Of a stretch of DNA of 64,000 bases, positions 18,374 to 27,118 are shown in pieces. The DNA comes from Desulfuromonadales bacterium (lineage in GTDB: Bacteria > Desulfobacterota > Desulfuromonadia > Desulfuromonadales > Geopsychrobacteraceae), in assembly GCA_019429255.1 (NCBI GenBank), contig JAHYIY010000012.1, positions 2,505 through 66,504 on the forward strand, given 5' to 3'. The notes below the pieces were generated by a model. That model did not search any database. It was not told where the DNA came from and saw nothing but the letters and a program-made list of their open reading frames with translations. The translations under genes were made by a program, and so were the position numbers. The first letter of the stretch is position 1; every line of letters starts with the position of its first letter.

Positions 18374-18532
18374 TGGGTTATTTTCTCCTTATCAATTTAT
18401 TAACAAACCCTGCAAGATCAGGTCGGAGGGTTCTGTTTCATCATCTGCACCATGCTCATCATCTGTTGCATGGCTACATCCTTGTATTAAGCTGTTTTCA
18501 ATTTTAAAAATAAATGGTTAGAGTGATATTCA

Positions 18533-18700
18533 TCAGTTGCGCATCGGTATCAGTAAAACCGGAACCGGTGAATGACGTACAACATTGTGGCTGACACTTC
18601 CGAGGAAAAACTCGCGGACAAAACCCCTCCCCTGGGTTCCCATGACGACCATTTGCCCACCATGTTCCTTGATCAGGCGGCAGATTTCTTCATGGGGCAT
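18533..18700 (-). pseudogene. Universal stress protein C-terminal fragment
   Basis: MPHEEICRLIKEHGGQMVVMGTQGRGFVREFFLGSVSHNVVRHSPVPVLLIP is only the last ~55 aa of a USP (G-x2-G-x9-GS ATP motif). It sits between acr3 and arsD. Confidence 0.5.
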
Positions 18701-18780
18701 GAGAAACCGGCGAAAGATCGGTCGCGACAATAAAACGTGTAAGCATGATATATCTCCTTTAACAGTCCCGAATCCCAATG

Positions 18781-19836
18781 TTAAGGGTGTGCGGCAGGAA
18801 ACCAATTCTTGGTGCGATTGGCGTATTTGACCAGGGCCAGCATCAGCGGCACTTCCACCAGCACCCCGACAATGGTCACCAGCACCACCGGCGAGGCGGC
18901 ACCGAACAGGGTAATGGCGACGGCCACAGCCAATTCAAAAAAGTTGGAGGCACCGATCATGCCCGCAGGTGCGGCAATGTCATGGGTCATGTGGCACTTG
19001 AGGCAGCCGACATAAGCGAGAAAGAAGATGAAGATTGTCTGAATAATCAGGGGAATCGCAATCAAAACAATATGGAAGGGATTACTGAGGATGACTTCCC
19101 CCTGAAAGGAGAAAATCAGCACCAGGGTCAACAACAGACCACCAATGGTGATGTTGTTGAATTTGGGGAGGAACTCCTTGTTGAAATACTCTTCTCCCTG
19201 GTTTTTCAACACCCAGCTGCGGGTAGCAATGCCGCTGACGAGGGGGATAACCACGAACAGAAACACCGACAGAAACAGGGTGTCCCAGGGGATGCTGATA
19301 CCACCGATACCGAGCAGCAAAGCAACAATCGGTGTAAAAGCGATCAGGATGATCAGATCATTGGTGGCGACCTGAACCACGGTGTATGCCGGGTTACCAC
19401 GGGTTAAGTGGCTCCAGACAAAAACCATGGCGGTACAGGGTGCCGCGCCTAGAATAACAGCACCGGCAACGTATTCCTTGGCCAGTTCTGCCGGAATAAA
19501 AGGACTGAAGATCACATAGAAAAACAACGAAGCGATCCCAAACATGGTGAATGGCTTGATCAGCCAGTTGACAATCCAGGTCATGTAAAGCCCACCCGGA
19601 TTTTTACGCACATTTTTAATGCTGGTGAAGTCGACCTTCATCATCATTGGATAGATCATCAACCAGATCAATACCGCGATAGGAATCGATACTTTGGCAT
19701 ATTCAAGTTTGGCCAGAGCTGCCGGGATCGCCGGCAAAAATTTGCCGATCAGCACTCCGCCAACCATACAGAGAACAACCCAGACCGTCAGGTTCTTCTC
19801 GAAAAAACTGATTCCTTCCAACTTTTGTTTCGTCAT
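18781..19836 (-). CDS. acr3: Arsenite efflux permease, ACR3 family
   Basis: 351 aa, about 10 TM. N-terminus ...ISFFEKNLTVWVVLCMVGGVLIGKF and the PMMMKVDF motif. Confidence 0.92.
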   Translation of the reverse strand: MTKQKLEGISFFEKNLTVWVVLCMVGGVLIGKFLPAIPAALAKLEYAKVSIPIAVLIWLMIYPMMMKVDFTSIKNVRKNPGGLYMTWIVNWLIKPFTMFGIASLFFYVIFSPFIPAELAKEYVAGAVILGAAPCTAMVFVWSHLTRGNPAYTVVQVATNDLIILIAFTPIVALLLGIGGISIPWDTLFLSVFLFVVIPLVSGIATRSWVLKNQGEEYFNKEFLPKFNNITIGGLLLTLVLIFSFQGEVILSNPFHIVLIAIPLIIQTIFIFFLAYVGCLKCHMTHDIAAPAGMIGASNFFELAVAVAITLFGAASPVVLVTIVGVLVEVPLMLALVKYANRTKNWFPAAHP

Positions 19837-19839
19837 CCC

Positions 19840-20262
19840 TTAGCTCCCTGCCAGTTCGTTACGAAAATAATCACCCAGCCGGGCGCGGATCTCGTCCCGG
19901 ACCCGGCGGTAAACATTCATCACCTCTTCATCACTGCCGGTCGCTTTGGGCGGATCGTCGAAACCAATATGAATCCGTTTGACGCCACCGAAAAAAAGCG
20001 GGCACTTGTCGTTGGCATCACCACACAGGGTAATGACATAGTCAAAGTTCTGCCCTTCATACTTGCTGATATGGTCAGAACTGTTGGCAGAGATATCGAT
20101 ACCAACCTCCGCCATCACCTCAACCGCCCTGGGATTAAGACCATGAGGTTCGGTGCCGGCGGAGAAGGCTTCAATCTGGCCGGCAAAGTCATGATTCATC
20201 AGGCCATCGGCCATCTGGCTACGGCAGGAGTTGCCGGTACACAAGAACAAGATTTTTTTCAT
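19840..20262 (-). CDS. arsC: Arsenate reductase, thioredoxin-coupled LMW-PTPase type
   Basis: LCTGNSCRSQMA P-loop and TLCGDANDKCP (Cys82/Cys89-type pair). Confidence 0.9.
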   Translation of the reverse strand: MKKILFLCTGNSCRSQMADGLMNHDFAGQIEAFSAGTEPHGLNPRAVEVMAEVGIDISANSSDHISKYEGQNFDYVITLCGDANDKCPLFFGGVKRIHIGFDDPPKATGSDEEVMNVYRRVRDEIRARLGDYFRNELAGS

Positions 20263-20314
20263 GCAGTGACCCTTCTATCTATCCGTATAAGCGAATGAAT
20301 AACCAACAAAAAAG

Positions 20315-20692
20315 CTAGCGACATCTCCTGTTTTGCGCATCCGGCAATGCGTTCAGAGCCTTGCGATCCTCGTGTGCCTGATTCGATTCATTGAGTTTCT
20401 CTACCAACAATCGCAGCAAATCGTTACCCAGTGCGCTCGCTTGTTTGAGTCGATAAAACATCCAGACCCCGCGCCGCTCATCGTCAACGAGTCCAGCATT
20501 GCGTAGATAGGCCAGATGACGTGAAACCGTCGACTGAGGCAACTCCAGCGCCGCCATCAGATCGCAAACACAAAGTTCTCCATCACTTAACAGGGCCAGA
20601 ATCCGCAAACGGGTTTCGTCCGAGAGCGCCTTAAAGGTGTGAGCGACATTTTTCATAGGCTTAAGATATCTGCTCATGCGGATAAAGGTCAA
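20315..20692 (-). CDS. arsR: ArsR/SmtB-family As(III)-responsive repressor
   Basis: ELCVCDLMAALELPQSTVSRHLAYLRNAGLV with the CVC metalloid site; first gene of the minus-strand ars operon. Confidence 0.85.
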   Translation of the reverse strand: MTFIRMSRYLKPMKNVAHTFKALSDETRLRILALLSDGELCVCDLMAALELPQSTVSRHLAYLRNAGLVDDERRGVWMFYRLKQASALGNDLLRLLVEKLNESNQAHEDRKALNALPDAQNRRCR

Positions 20693-20741
20693 GCAACGAT
20701 TCCCAATCTGTTGTCCAAAGTAAAATTAACTTGATTCCATC

Positions 20742-21095
20742 ATGTATTTGGCTATATTGCCCAACATGAAAACAACTGCTGACACCTTCCAACTACAAAA
20801 ATCCCAACTACTGGCCCGCACCAGGGTGATCAAGGCATTGGCTCATCCAACCCGCCTGTTCATTGTTGAGGAACTGGAAAAAGGGGAACGCTGTGTCTGT
20901 GACCTGACGGCGATGATTGGTGCTGACATCTCGACGGTGTCCAAACATCTGTCCGTATTGCGCCAGGCTGGCATCGTCGCCGATGACAAGCGCGGCAATC
21001 AGGTTTTCTACTGCTTGAAAGTGCGCTGTATTCTTAATTTTTTTGGCTGTATCGAGTCGGTATTGAAGTCCCAGCGCAGTGATGCGTTACGATAA
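20742..21095 (+). CDS. Second ArsR/SmtB-family regulator, divergent
   Basis: ERCVCDLTAMIGADISTVSKHLSVLRQAGIV; the likely start is the ATG at 20766 (MKTTADTF). Confidence 0.8.
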   Translation: MYLAILPNMKTTADTFQLQKSQLLARTRVIKALAHPTRLFIVEELEKGERCVCDLTAMIGADISTVSKHLSVLRQAGIVADDKRGNQVFYCLKVRCILNFFGCIESVLKSQRSDALR

Positions 21096-21201
21096 TTAAT
21101 ACCGATTTTTTTGCCCAGAATATTGGCCTTTTTGCCAAATACGAAAACATGAGGTATTCAAGTGGGTCGCTTTACCGAACTGAAAATCCTGTCCCTCATC
21201 A

Positions 21202-21492
21202 TTGGCGTCTTTATTCTCTGCTTTTTTTTTGCCCATTGAGTGGCTAAAAAGCAGCGGTCGGATTGAGTCGGCCATCTGGGAAGCCCTGTATCTGGTGCGC
21301 TGGTATGCCCAGGAGCATGAAGGCCTTGGCATCCTCTCGCCAGTCAGACTCATCGAAATCAGCCGCGAGGAAATAGCAGCTGTCATCGGTAAGCAGAGGA
21401 AAGACGCGCATTGCTCTGAGAAACAGTTTTTGGCAAACCTGTGGAATCTCATAAACCCTGCATTACCAGAAATCCCAGCCTGGATTGCCTAG
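21202..21492 (+). CDS. Hypothetical protein, possibly the 3' part of a frameshifted gene starting at GTG 21162
   Basis: A 96-aa ORF. An upstream frame (VGRFTELKILSLIIGVFILCFFFAH*) encodes a TM helix and terminates just after a T9 tract (21222-21230). Deleting one T joins the two frames. Confidence 0.3.
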   Translation: MASLFSAFFLPIEWLKSSGRIESAIWEALYLVRWYAQEHEGLGILSPVRLIEISREEIAAVIGKQRKDAHCSEKQFLANLWNLINPALPEIPAWIA

Positions 21493-21528
21493 CGGAGATT
21501 TGGTATTCTTATGCCGTAACTTGTGTCG

Positions 21529-21819
21529 CTAAAGGTGACGCTCAAAATCCACTCTCTGGTGCAATGTCCTCACAACATCGATCCCATCATCAGTACATTT
21601 AAAGAAGATAACGTGAGAACCCGCTCTTGCTTTTCGGTAGCCCCTCCTCACGTCACCAATATCTACAGATTTTGTGGGGTCACTGGCTGCGTTCCCCATG
21701 GCTGACCATAGTTCTCGCACATATTTTTCGGCTTGTTCAACGTTCCATTGCAAAAAAGTATAATCCCAAATTTCACTCAGGTCTAATTTGGCCCTGGGAG
21801 ATAAAATCACTCTACTCAT
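21529..21819 (-). CDS. parE: ParE/RelE-superfamily toxin
   Basis: 96 aa. LSPRAKLDLSEIWDYT...RKARAGSHVIFFK pattern. Overlaps the upstream antitoxin gene by 4 nt. Confidence 0.85.
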   Translation of the reverse strand: MSRVILSPRAKLDLSEIWDYTFLQWNVEQAEKYVRELWSAMGNAASDPTKSVDIGDVRRGYRKARAGSHVIFFKCTDDGIDVVRTLHQRVDFERHL

Positions 21820-22049
21820 AGGGCAAGGAATTTCTTTTTGTTCGCAATAAAGGCCTCAATATCCAAACTGGTGGAAGGGCCTGAATTCTCCCCCTCAATC
21901 AAGGCCTGCCTCAATCGCTCCAGCTTTATGTGATCCTGCCTGATCAGGTCTCGAACATAGTCAGAAGCGTTGGCATAGCGTCCAGATTTAACGCATTCTT
22001 CAACCCAGTTTTTCATCTGATCGGGCAAAGATACATTCATCGTCGCCAT
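21816..22049 (-). CDS. parD: ParD/CopG-type (RHH) antitoxin
   Basis: MATMNVSLPDQMKNWVEECVKSGRYANASDYVRDLIRQD is a typical ParD N-terminus. Confidence 0.8.
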   Translation of the reverse strand: MATMNVSLPDQMKNWVEECVKSGRYANASDYVRDLIRQDHIKLERLRQALIEGENSGPSTSLDIEAFIANKKKFLAL

Positions 22050-22106
22050 AAAGGCCTCCTTTTGTCGGAATTAATACCAACAATATATGACAGTCTTTGC
22101 CATATA

Positions 22107-22376
22107 TCAATCTTTGCCATCCTGACCAATCGAGCTTTGTGGGATTGAGTGTTGCGGGCGGTAATACCGACGAGTGTCAAAAATAGAGCGCATGATGAGA
22201 AAATCACCGGAATCGGCTATTGGGGGCTATTTGCGTCCGAAAAACCGTGAGTTGCTGGATGTTTTTCTGAGGGGGGCAACGACTCGGGTAGAGAGCATGT
22301 CGATCAGTTCATCCTGAAGGTCAAGTAGATAGGCCGCACTGCTGGATGGCGATCTGTAAATATCGAATTTGGCCAT
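22107..22376 (-). pseudogene. ccdB: CcdB-family toxin with an in-frame TAG
   Basis: Hand translation: MAKFDIYRSPSSSAAYLLDLQDELIDMLSTRVVAPLRKTSSNSRFFGRK-TAG(22227-22229)-PPIADSGDFLIMRS.... The N-terminus is CcdB-like. The ATG overlaps the ccdA stop by 1 nt. Confidence 0.55.
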
Positions 22377-22621
22377 CAGAACTGCCTTAAACCTTTACTC
22401 CAAAGCCCCTTGCGATCAACATAGTCATTAGCTGCAGCAATTGCATCTTGATTGTTTTTCAACCATTCTTGCCGGTCATGGTCCCTGAGGATCTGCTCCA
22501 ATCTATCTTCTAAAGTTTTCGATAGATTTATTTTGTTTTCTCTGGCCAGCTGTAAAAGGTCACTCCGAATACTAAGGTTTGCAGATTGCTTGCGAGCCAC
22601 ATTTCCCATAATCACCTCCAT
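22376..22621 (-). CDS. ccdA: CcdA-family antitoxin
   Basis: NLSIRSDLLQLARENKINLSKTLEDRLEQILR...WLKNNQDAIAAANDYVDRKGLWS..LRQF matches the CcdA pattern. Confidence 0.75.
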   Translation of the reverse strand: MEVIMGNVARKQSANLSIRSDLLQLARENKINLSKTLEDRLEQILRDHDRQEWLKNNQDAIAAANDYVDRKGLWSKGLRQF

Positions 22622-23303
22622 GCGCAGTATATGCGCATAACAGCTTTGCAGATTTTAACTGTCAATAAAATCGCCATAAAATCAATGAACCACTGTCTCG
22701 AAGGTAGCTGGTTCTGAAACGTGGAAACCTTCCTGGATTTTGTGCCGGATTGATTTTCGGAGGAAAGTCGGGGTGGATTTTCAATTACCGAATACCCTGC
22801 ATTAGCAGAAAATCCGGCTCGGATAGCCAAGCGGGATTTTCGTGACTTTATGATCGTATTTTTTGGATAAACTGATTTTTAATGTTCAGTATCACCGGTG
22901 ATAAAACTGCAGTGCAACGATGAGGTTGGCAACAGCTGTTAAGCTACCTCAGGCTGCGACAAGCTTTTTAACCCTGAGCTCTTTACGATACTGCTCAGCA
23001 TGAACTCAGGTGCATTAAATCTCAAAGGAAGACGCATATATGGCGATGCTGTGAGGGAGGCTATCACGGTGTTGCCGGAGTTGCGCCTTGCAAGCGCATG
23101 GAATTCAGTAGTCTGAAATGGCGACCGCGGCAAAGCCCAACCAGTAGCCGCGTACCGAGTCTTGCGTGATGCCCGGTAGCGGCAACGGCAGTCACCTGCC
23201 GTTACTGTGGTCTCACATCGCTGATCTCGTTAGCTATTCCTTCGTTCACTCTTCTTATTATAAATTCCGATTTGTTTCATGCTGGCCGTTGCCTGGGCCC
23301 GAA

Positions 23304-24071
23304 TCAAAACTGCCAGGTCACTCCCAGTAGCGGTCCGGACATAGTCACGTCAGCACGAGTACCACCACTTTTATAATCCACGGTCAACTGGCGAAAGCCC
23401 GCAGAAGCGTAGAGATGTTGATTGACCTGATAATTCAGGGTCGCGAGGACCTGGCTTGTCATCTTCGAACCTACGCCATAGCCTCCCACATCACCATAAA
23501 AAATAGCGGACCACTGCGGCAAGAGACTGACATTGGCGCGCGCAGCTACGATCGGGTCGATAAAATTGAAATTTTTTGAATAATTCACGCCGGCAACAGG
23601 GATCTTCACCGCACTGTGCAGCCACCAGGCTCTGGCGCCTACCAGGACATCAAAGCGGATGCGCTCGACATCAACCAAGCGATACCCGGCTTCGAGAGTA
23701 AGGGATGTCTGGCGTATTTCACCTTCGGCGGGAACACCATTCGGTAAGCTGCCTTGTTTTGATAAGGATGCGTAGCTGAAATCACCGAGAAGAACAAAAC
23801 GGTCATGACGCGCAAACCCTGAAAGAAAAAAGGCACCATCAAGATCTTTAAGAATTTCAGAAAAAGAATCGTCTATCGAGACAGTCGGTCCTCCACGAAA
23901 AGGGGTAATGTCTCCACCGACTCCTGATGCCCAGAGATAGGGAGTAACTTGGCCGCTCCAGCCATGGGCGGCCAACGCGTTGGCCGGTCCCATGAGAATT
24001 CCTGCAGACACCGCCAGCATTAAACTAAGACCCCGAAGCCGCAACAGGCCTGGGATGATTTTTTTCATCAT
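23304..24071 (-). CDS. Outer-membrane beta-barrel protein
   Basis: Signal peptide MMKKIIPGLL...ANALAA, alternating beta-strand pattern, C-terminal ...GVTWQF. Confidence 0.65.
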   Translation of the reverse strand: MMKKIIPGLLRLRGLSLMLAVSAGILMGPANALAAHGWSGQVTPYLWASGVGGDITPFRGGPTVSIDDSFSEILKDLDGAFFLSGFARHDRFVLLGDFSYASLSKQGSLPNGVPAEGEIRQTSLTLEAGYRLVDVERIRFDVLVGARAWWLHSAVKIPVAGVNYSKNFNFIDPIVAARANVSLLPQWSAIFYGDVGGYGVGSKMTSQVLATLNYQVNQHLYASAGFRQLTVDYKSGGTRADVTMSGPLLGVTWQF

Positions 24072-24114
24072 CTCATTTTTCTCCCTCAACGCTAACAAGA
24101 ACGGCTTGTCACCG

Positions 24115-25167
24115 CTACAGTCCCTGAAACTTAAAAGGAACAGCTTTCTTAAAAGACCTCAGGGCATCACCAGCATATACCTGGCCCTCGTCGAGGCTGA
24201 GCTTGAGAACACTGGCCTTGTCACTGAAATCAACCTTTTTAAGATCAACCCACAGTACATTCGGTGTCATGACATTTTCAAAGTAGTAAACAAGCCGCTT
24301 CTGGTCGGCAACGACCCGCCACTGCGTGCTGGAAATATGCGGCTGGTCTTCTGAAGATATACCGTAGGGAACGGAAACATTTCTGATCACGCTGAACACG
24401 CTTGCTACGGCTATATGGGGATCGCTGGTTTGGGGAATGGCACCAATGTAATAGGAGGCACGAGCAAAACGATCAGCGGGCCTGTTGGTTCCCGGCAAAA
24501 ACACGGTGCCTGGTATTTGTTCCCAATAGCCTTTGATGGCCAACTGCTCCTCATAGACGGGATCGTTTGTCATGACCTGGTACGATGAGTCGTGATGGAT
24601 AACTAACTTGCCATTGATATATTCCAGAATAGCGCTATCTCCGGTCGGATCGGAAAGAGATAGATGGACAGTAGTAAACTTATCCGTTCCGGGGATAAAA
24701 TCCGTAACAACAACAAACTCCTCCTTGCCAAGAGAATTCACCGCCTCAGCAACGGTGGCAAAGTTGTCGAGAGCATACTGGGCCCATGCCGCAATTGTAA
24801 TGCCTTTTTCTTTACCGGACGGGTCAAAAGCAGGATACTGCGATGTCACGAGCCACAGAAGATTGGCGACCAGTCCTTTCTCATTCATGCCGTCCGGCGT
24901 GGCAATGTCCCAGGAACTGGCAGCAATACTGCCATAGCGCGATGTCCATTCCAGCGAATTTGGGCCCACCTCACCGCTTCTTTTCATCCCGCGCGGGAAA
25001 ATCCACAAGTTGGCAGGAATGGCGATTGAAAAATCCATTGTACGCCCGGTAAGCACGTTTTCAGCCGGGCCCTTATATACCACCCTGGTACAAGCCAGCA
25101 GATCACCCGCAAAAAACAAAAAAAGAAAGAGCAAACATAAAAAAAACATAGGCTTAAAGGGTTTCAT
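24115..25167 (-). CDS. Secreted linear-amide C-N hydrolase (choloylglycine hydrolase / penicillin V acylase Ntn family)
   Basis: A signal peptide followed by the catalytic N-terminal Cys context LLACTRVVYKG; 350 aa. Confidence 0.85.
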   Translation of the reverse strand: MKPFKPMFFLCLLFLFLFFAGDLLACTRVVYKGPAENVLTGRTMDFSIAIPANLWIFPRGMKRSGEVGPNSLEWTSRYGSIAASSWDIATPDGMNEKGLVANLLWLVTSQYPAFDPSGKEKGITIAAWAQYALDNFATVAEAVNSLGKEEFVVVTDFIPGTDKFTTVHLSLSDPTGDSAILEYINGKLVIHHDSSYQVMTNDPVYEEQLAIKGYWEQIPGTVFLPGTNRPADRFARASYYIGAIPQTSDPHIAVASVFSVIRNVSVPYGISSEDQPHISSTQWRVVADQKRLVYYFENVMTPNVLWVDLKKVDFSDKASVLKLSLDEGQVYAGDALRSFKKAVPFKFQGL

Positions 25168-25215
25168 CTTGCACTCCTGTAAGAAATTGAAAAAGCTATA
25201 GTTTCTCGACGAAAA

Positions 25216-25244
25216 ATATAACTGCGGCTGTCTTCAATTGTCAA
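25216..25244 (-). promoter_or_regulatory. Candidate sigma70 promoter for the hydrolase/OMP genes
   Basis: Minus strand: TTGACA (25244-25239), 17 nt, TTATAT (25221-25216), 49 nt upstream of the ATG at 25167. Confidence 0.45.
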
Positions 25245-25644
25245 TGTGGCGTGCCAACATTGCCGCGCCATCCATTCCCAACTGCTCGGTCTGTTTGACG
25301 ACGGAGAACTGACCCCGGAACCGAGGAAATTGCCGTAACGGCCCGCAGGAAATCGGCTGCGAGCGCCTATTTATTGATGAACCGGCTGATATGCCGGGGA
25401 GCTATTAACCCCTCGGACTGGAAAAATATTGATTGTCATTAACCACTTTAGGTAAACAATGTATACACTTGCTGATTGTACTCTGATCACATAGGCAGCC
25501 TATCGTGACATACAGTTGCTGGATCGCGGTCTTTTGTTCGGCTCAACGCGGTTTGCAATGGGATCACCTTCACTACCCATCGGGCGGAACGAGGAGTCAG
25601 TCAATTCATTGTTGAGCAAGAATCCCCCAGCTAACCCTGATCCT

Positions 25645-25718
25645 CCGTCTGACATGGCGACAAAAACCCTTGCTACAGGATCCAAAGGCCCTGCGCAAGG
25701 ATAGAGCTGAATAGTTAC
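25645..25718 (+). repeat. Family-A repeat, right-half copy (A3)
   Basis: ccgtctgacatggcgacaaaaacccttgctacaggatccaaaggccctgcgcaaggatagagctgaatagttac. Confidence 0.5.
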
Positions 25719-25852
25719 GAAAAATCATCGATGGATTTCATGATGGATTCCGTTCCTCTGCAATGAGGAAAACTGATTTTCGAGTCTACTTTAAATAGGA
25801 ATTTCTGGTCGAGCTTTCTCCCTTTTTTACTGCTTGAGCCACGCAGAAATGT

Positions 25853-26188
25853 CTAGTTGTTGAATGACGATTCACTCTGTACAAGATGATCGATATATCG
25901 ACACCAGGCTTCGCTGTCGCGTTGCGGAACAGTGGCCTTGCCTCGAATACCAAGTTTAAATTCGACCACAGATCTCCATTCCTCCGAGCCGATATCTGGC
26001 CCGTGTCCGTGGCCATCTCCTGTTGTTACTTTCTCTTCTATTGACTGGTACCATTCGCCGGAGCAGGAGGTTTTCGTTTGCTGTGCTGATTTCACGATAC
26101 TGCTTGTTGTTGTACAGCCGACCACTAAACCAAGCAAGATTGTGAGCCATAAACAAATTGCTAACGATTTCAGATTGTTACTTAGCAT
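25853..26188 (-). CDS. Small lipoprotein, unknown function
   Basis: Signal peptide with lipobox LGLVVGC; 111 aa. Confidence 0.6.
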   Translation of the reverse strand: MLSNNLKSLAICLWLTILLGLVVGCTTTSSIVKSAQQTKTSCSGEWYQSIEEKVTTGDGHGHGPDIGSEEWRSVVEFKLGIRGKATVPQRDSEAWCRYIDHLVQSESSFNN

Positions 26189-26276
26189 ATAAAATAATCC
26201 CTACAATTTGGATGCAAGCACAAAAAAGCGCCGAATCTATAAAGGTGGGCTGTGAATTATACCATCAAAAAAGAGA

Positions 26277-26314
26277 AAGCCAGTTGCGGGGAGGTGCCGC
26301 AACTGGCTTTTTTA
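26277..26314 (-). terminator. Rho-independent terminator (T tracts on both sides)
   Basis: aaagccagttgcgg-ggaggtg-ccgcaactggcttt with T runs on both strands, downstream of the 26440 gene. Confidence 0.6.
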
Positions 26315-26439
26315 AACACACAAGGAGTAGGAGAATGAAGAGGAACTTGGCTCGCCTGCCACAACAAGCTTCGTTCTGTTGATTACCACTATAATGATAG
26401 CGGTTATCAATTGCAAGCAATAAATTACCAAAAAAGTAA

Positions 26440-26658
26440 TTATTCTCTAGCGTCCTTTCTGATTTCCTCTTTTGGTTCATCCTCCGGCCGATAAGCACCG
26501 TGCCGACAGAGAGTGTCGTCCTCCCGGCAAATATTCCGGATGTCCCCGCAATGGCGGGTTTGGCCTCTCTTTATTGTTGACGTTGTGACGTTGCTGGTCG
26601 GCCAGGCCTTGACGGCCTGGCCAACCCCCGCCTCCCCGTTTGGAACAATTTTTATCAA
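26440..26658 (-). CDS. Hypothetical small Cys-containing protein
   Basis: 72-aa ORF lying 3 nt downstream of the preceding gene; no recognisable family. Confidence 0.35.
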   Translation of the reverse strand: MIKIVPNGEAGVGQAVKAWPTSNVTTSTIKRGQTRHCGDIRNICREDDTLCRHGAYRPEDEPKEEIRKDARE

Positions 26659-26660
26659 CG

Positions 26661-27071
26661 TCAGCGAATGCCGTAATCTGCTACCTGCCAGACACCATCC
26701 AGGTGTCTTGGCAGAATCACCTCAGCTGCCCGATCCTGGTGCAAGGTCCGCGCATCAAGCTGCACGATCGGATAATCGCCATCAGGAAAACGCGGATAGA
26801 TACCGCTGGAGCGCAATGCCGTCAACTGTCGCCGTAGAACCGGTCCCAATAGGTGTTGTGACCGCTCGATAGCGTTCACAACCTCCTGTTCATTCCGGGC
26901 CAGTCGCAGCGACGAAGACACCTGGTTGTGGGCGGTACTGCTGTTGTCGCTGTCATTGATCCGGGCAAAGTGCCCAGCCGCTGCTACCGTATCTTGCGAG
27001 GGCAGGTTGGCCGGTGCGCTGCTGAGCCCAAGCAGTAGGTCGCAAAACCCCAGCACAACAATGGCAACCAA
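26661..27071 (-). CDS. Hypothetical secreted protein
   Basis: Hydrophobic N-terminus LVAIVVLGFCDLLLGLSSAPA. The ATG at 27084 (MKEK...) is out of frame by 1 nt across an A6 tract (27072-27077), so either TTG 27071 is used or there is an indel. Confidence 0.45.
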   Translation of the reverse strand: MVAIVVLGFCDLLLGLSSAPANLPSQDTVAAAGHFARINDSDNSSTAHNQVSSSLRLARNEQEVVNAIERSQHLLGPVLRRQLTALRSSGIYPRFPDGDYPIVQLDARTLHQDRAAEVILPRHLDGVWQVADYGIR

Positions 27072-27118
27072 TTTTTTCTTTCATGACCCCTCTGTTTACA
27101 CGTTGGAACATTTCCGAA

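Noticed and set aside
21096-21452. 118-aa minus-strand ORF downstream of the second arsR
   Set aside because: No recognisable features and it overlaps the more plausible plus-strand frames. Neither strand is well supported, so only the plus-strand candidate is listed, at low confidence.
25239-25256. Minus-strand TGGCAC-GCCACA-TTGA upstream of the hydrolase gene as a sigma54 promoter
   Set aside because: The spacing is wrong (N6) and there is no GC at -12. The TTGACA overlapping it fits a sigma70 -35 box with a 17-nt spacer to TTATAT.
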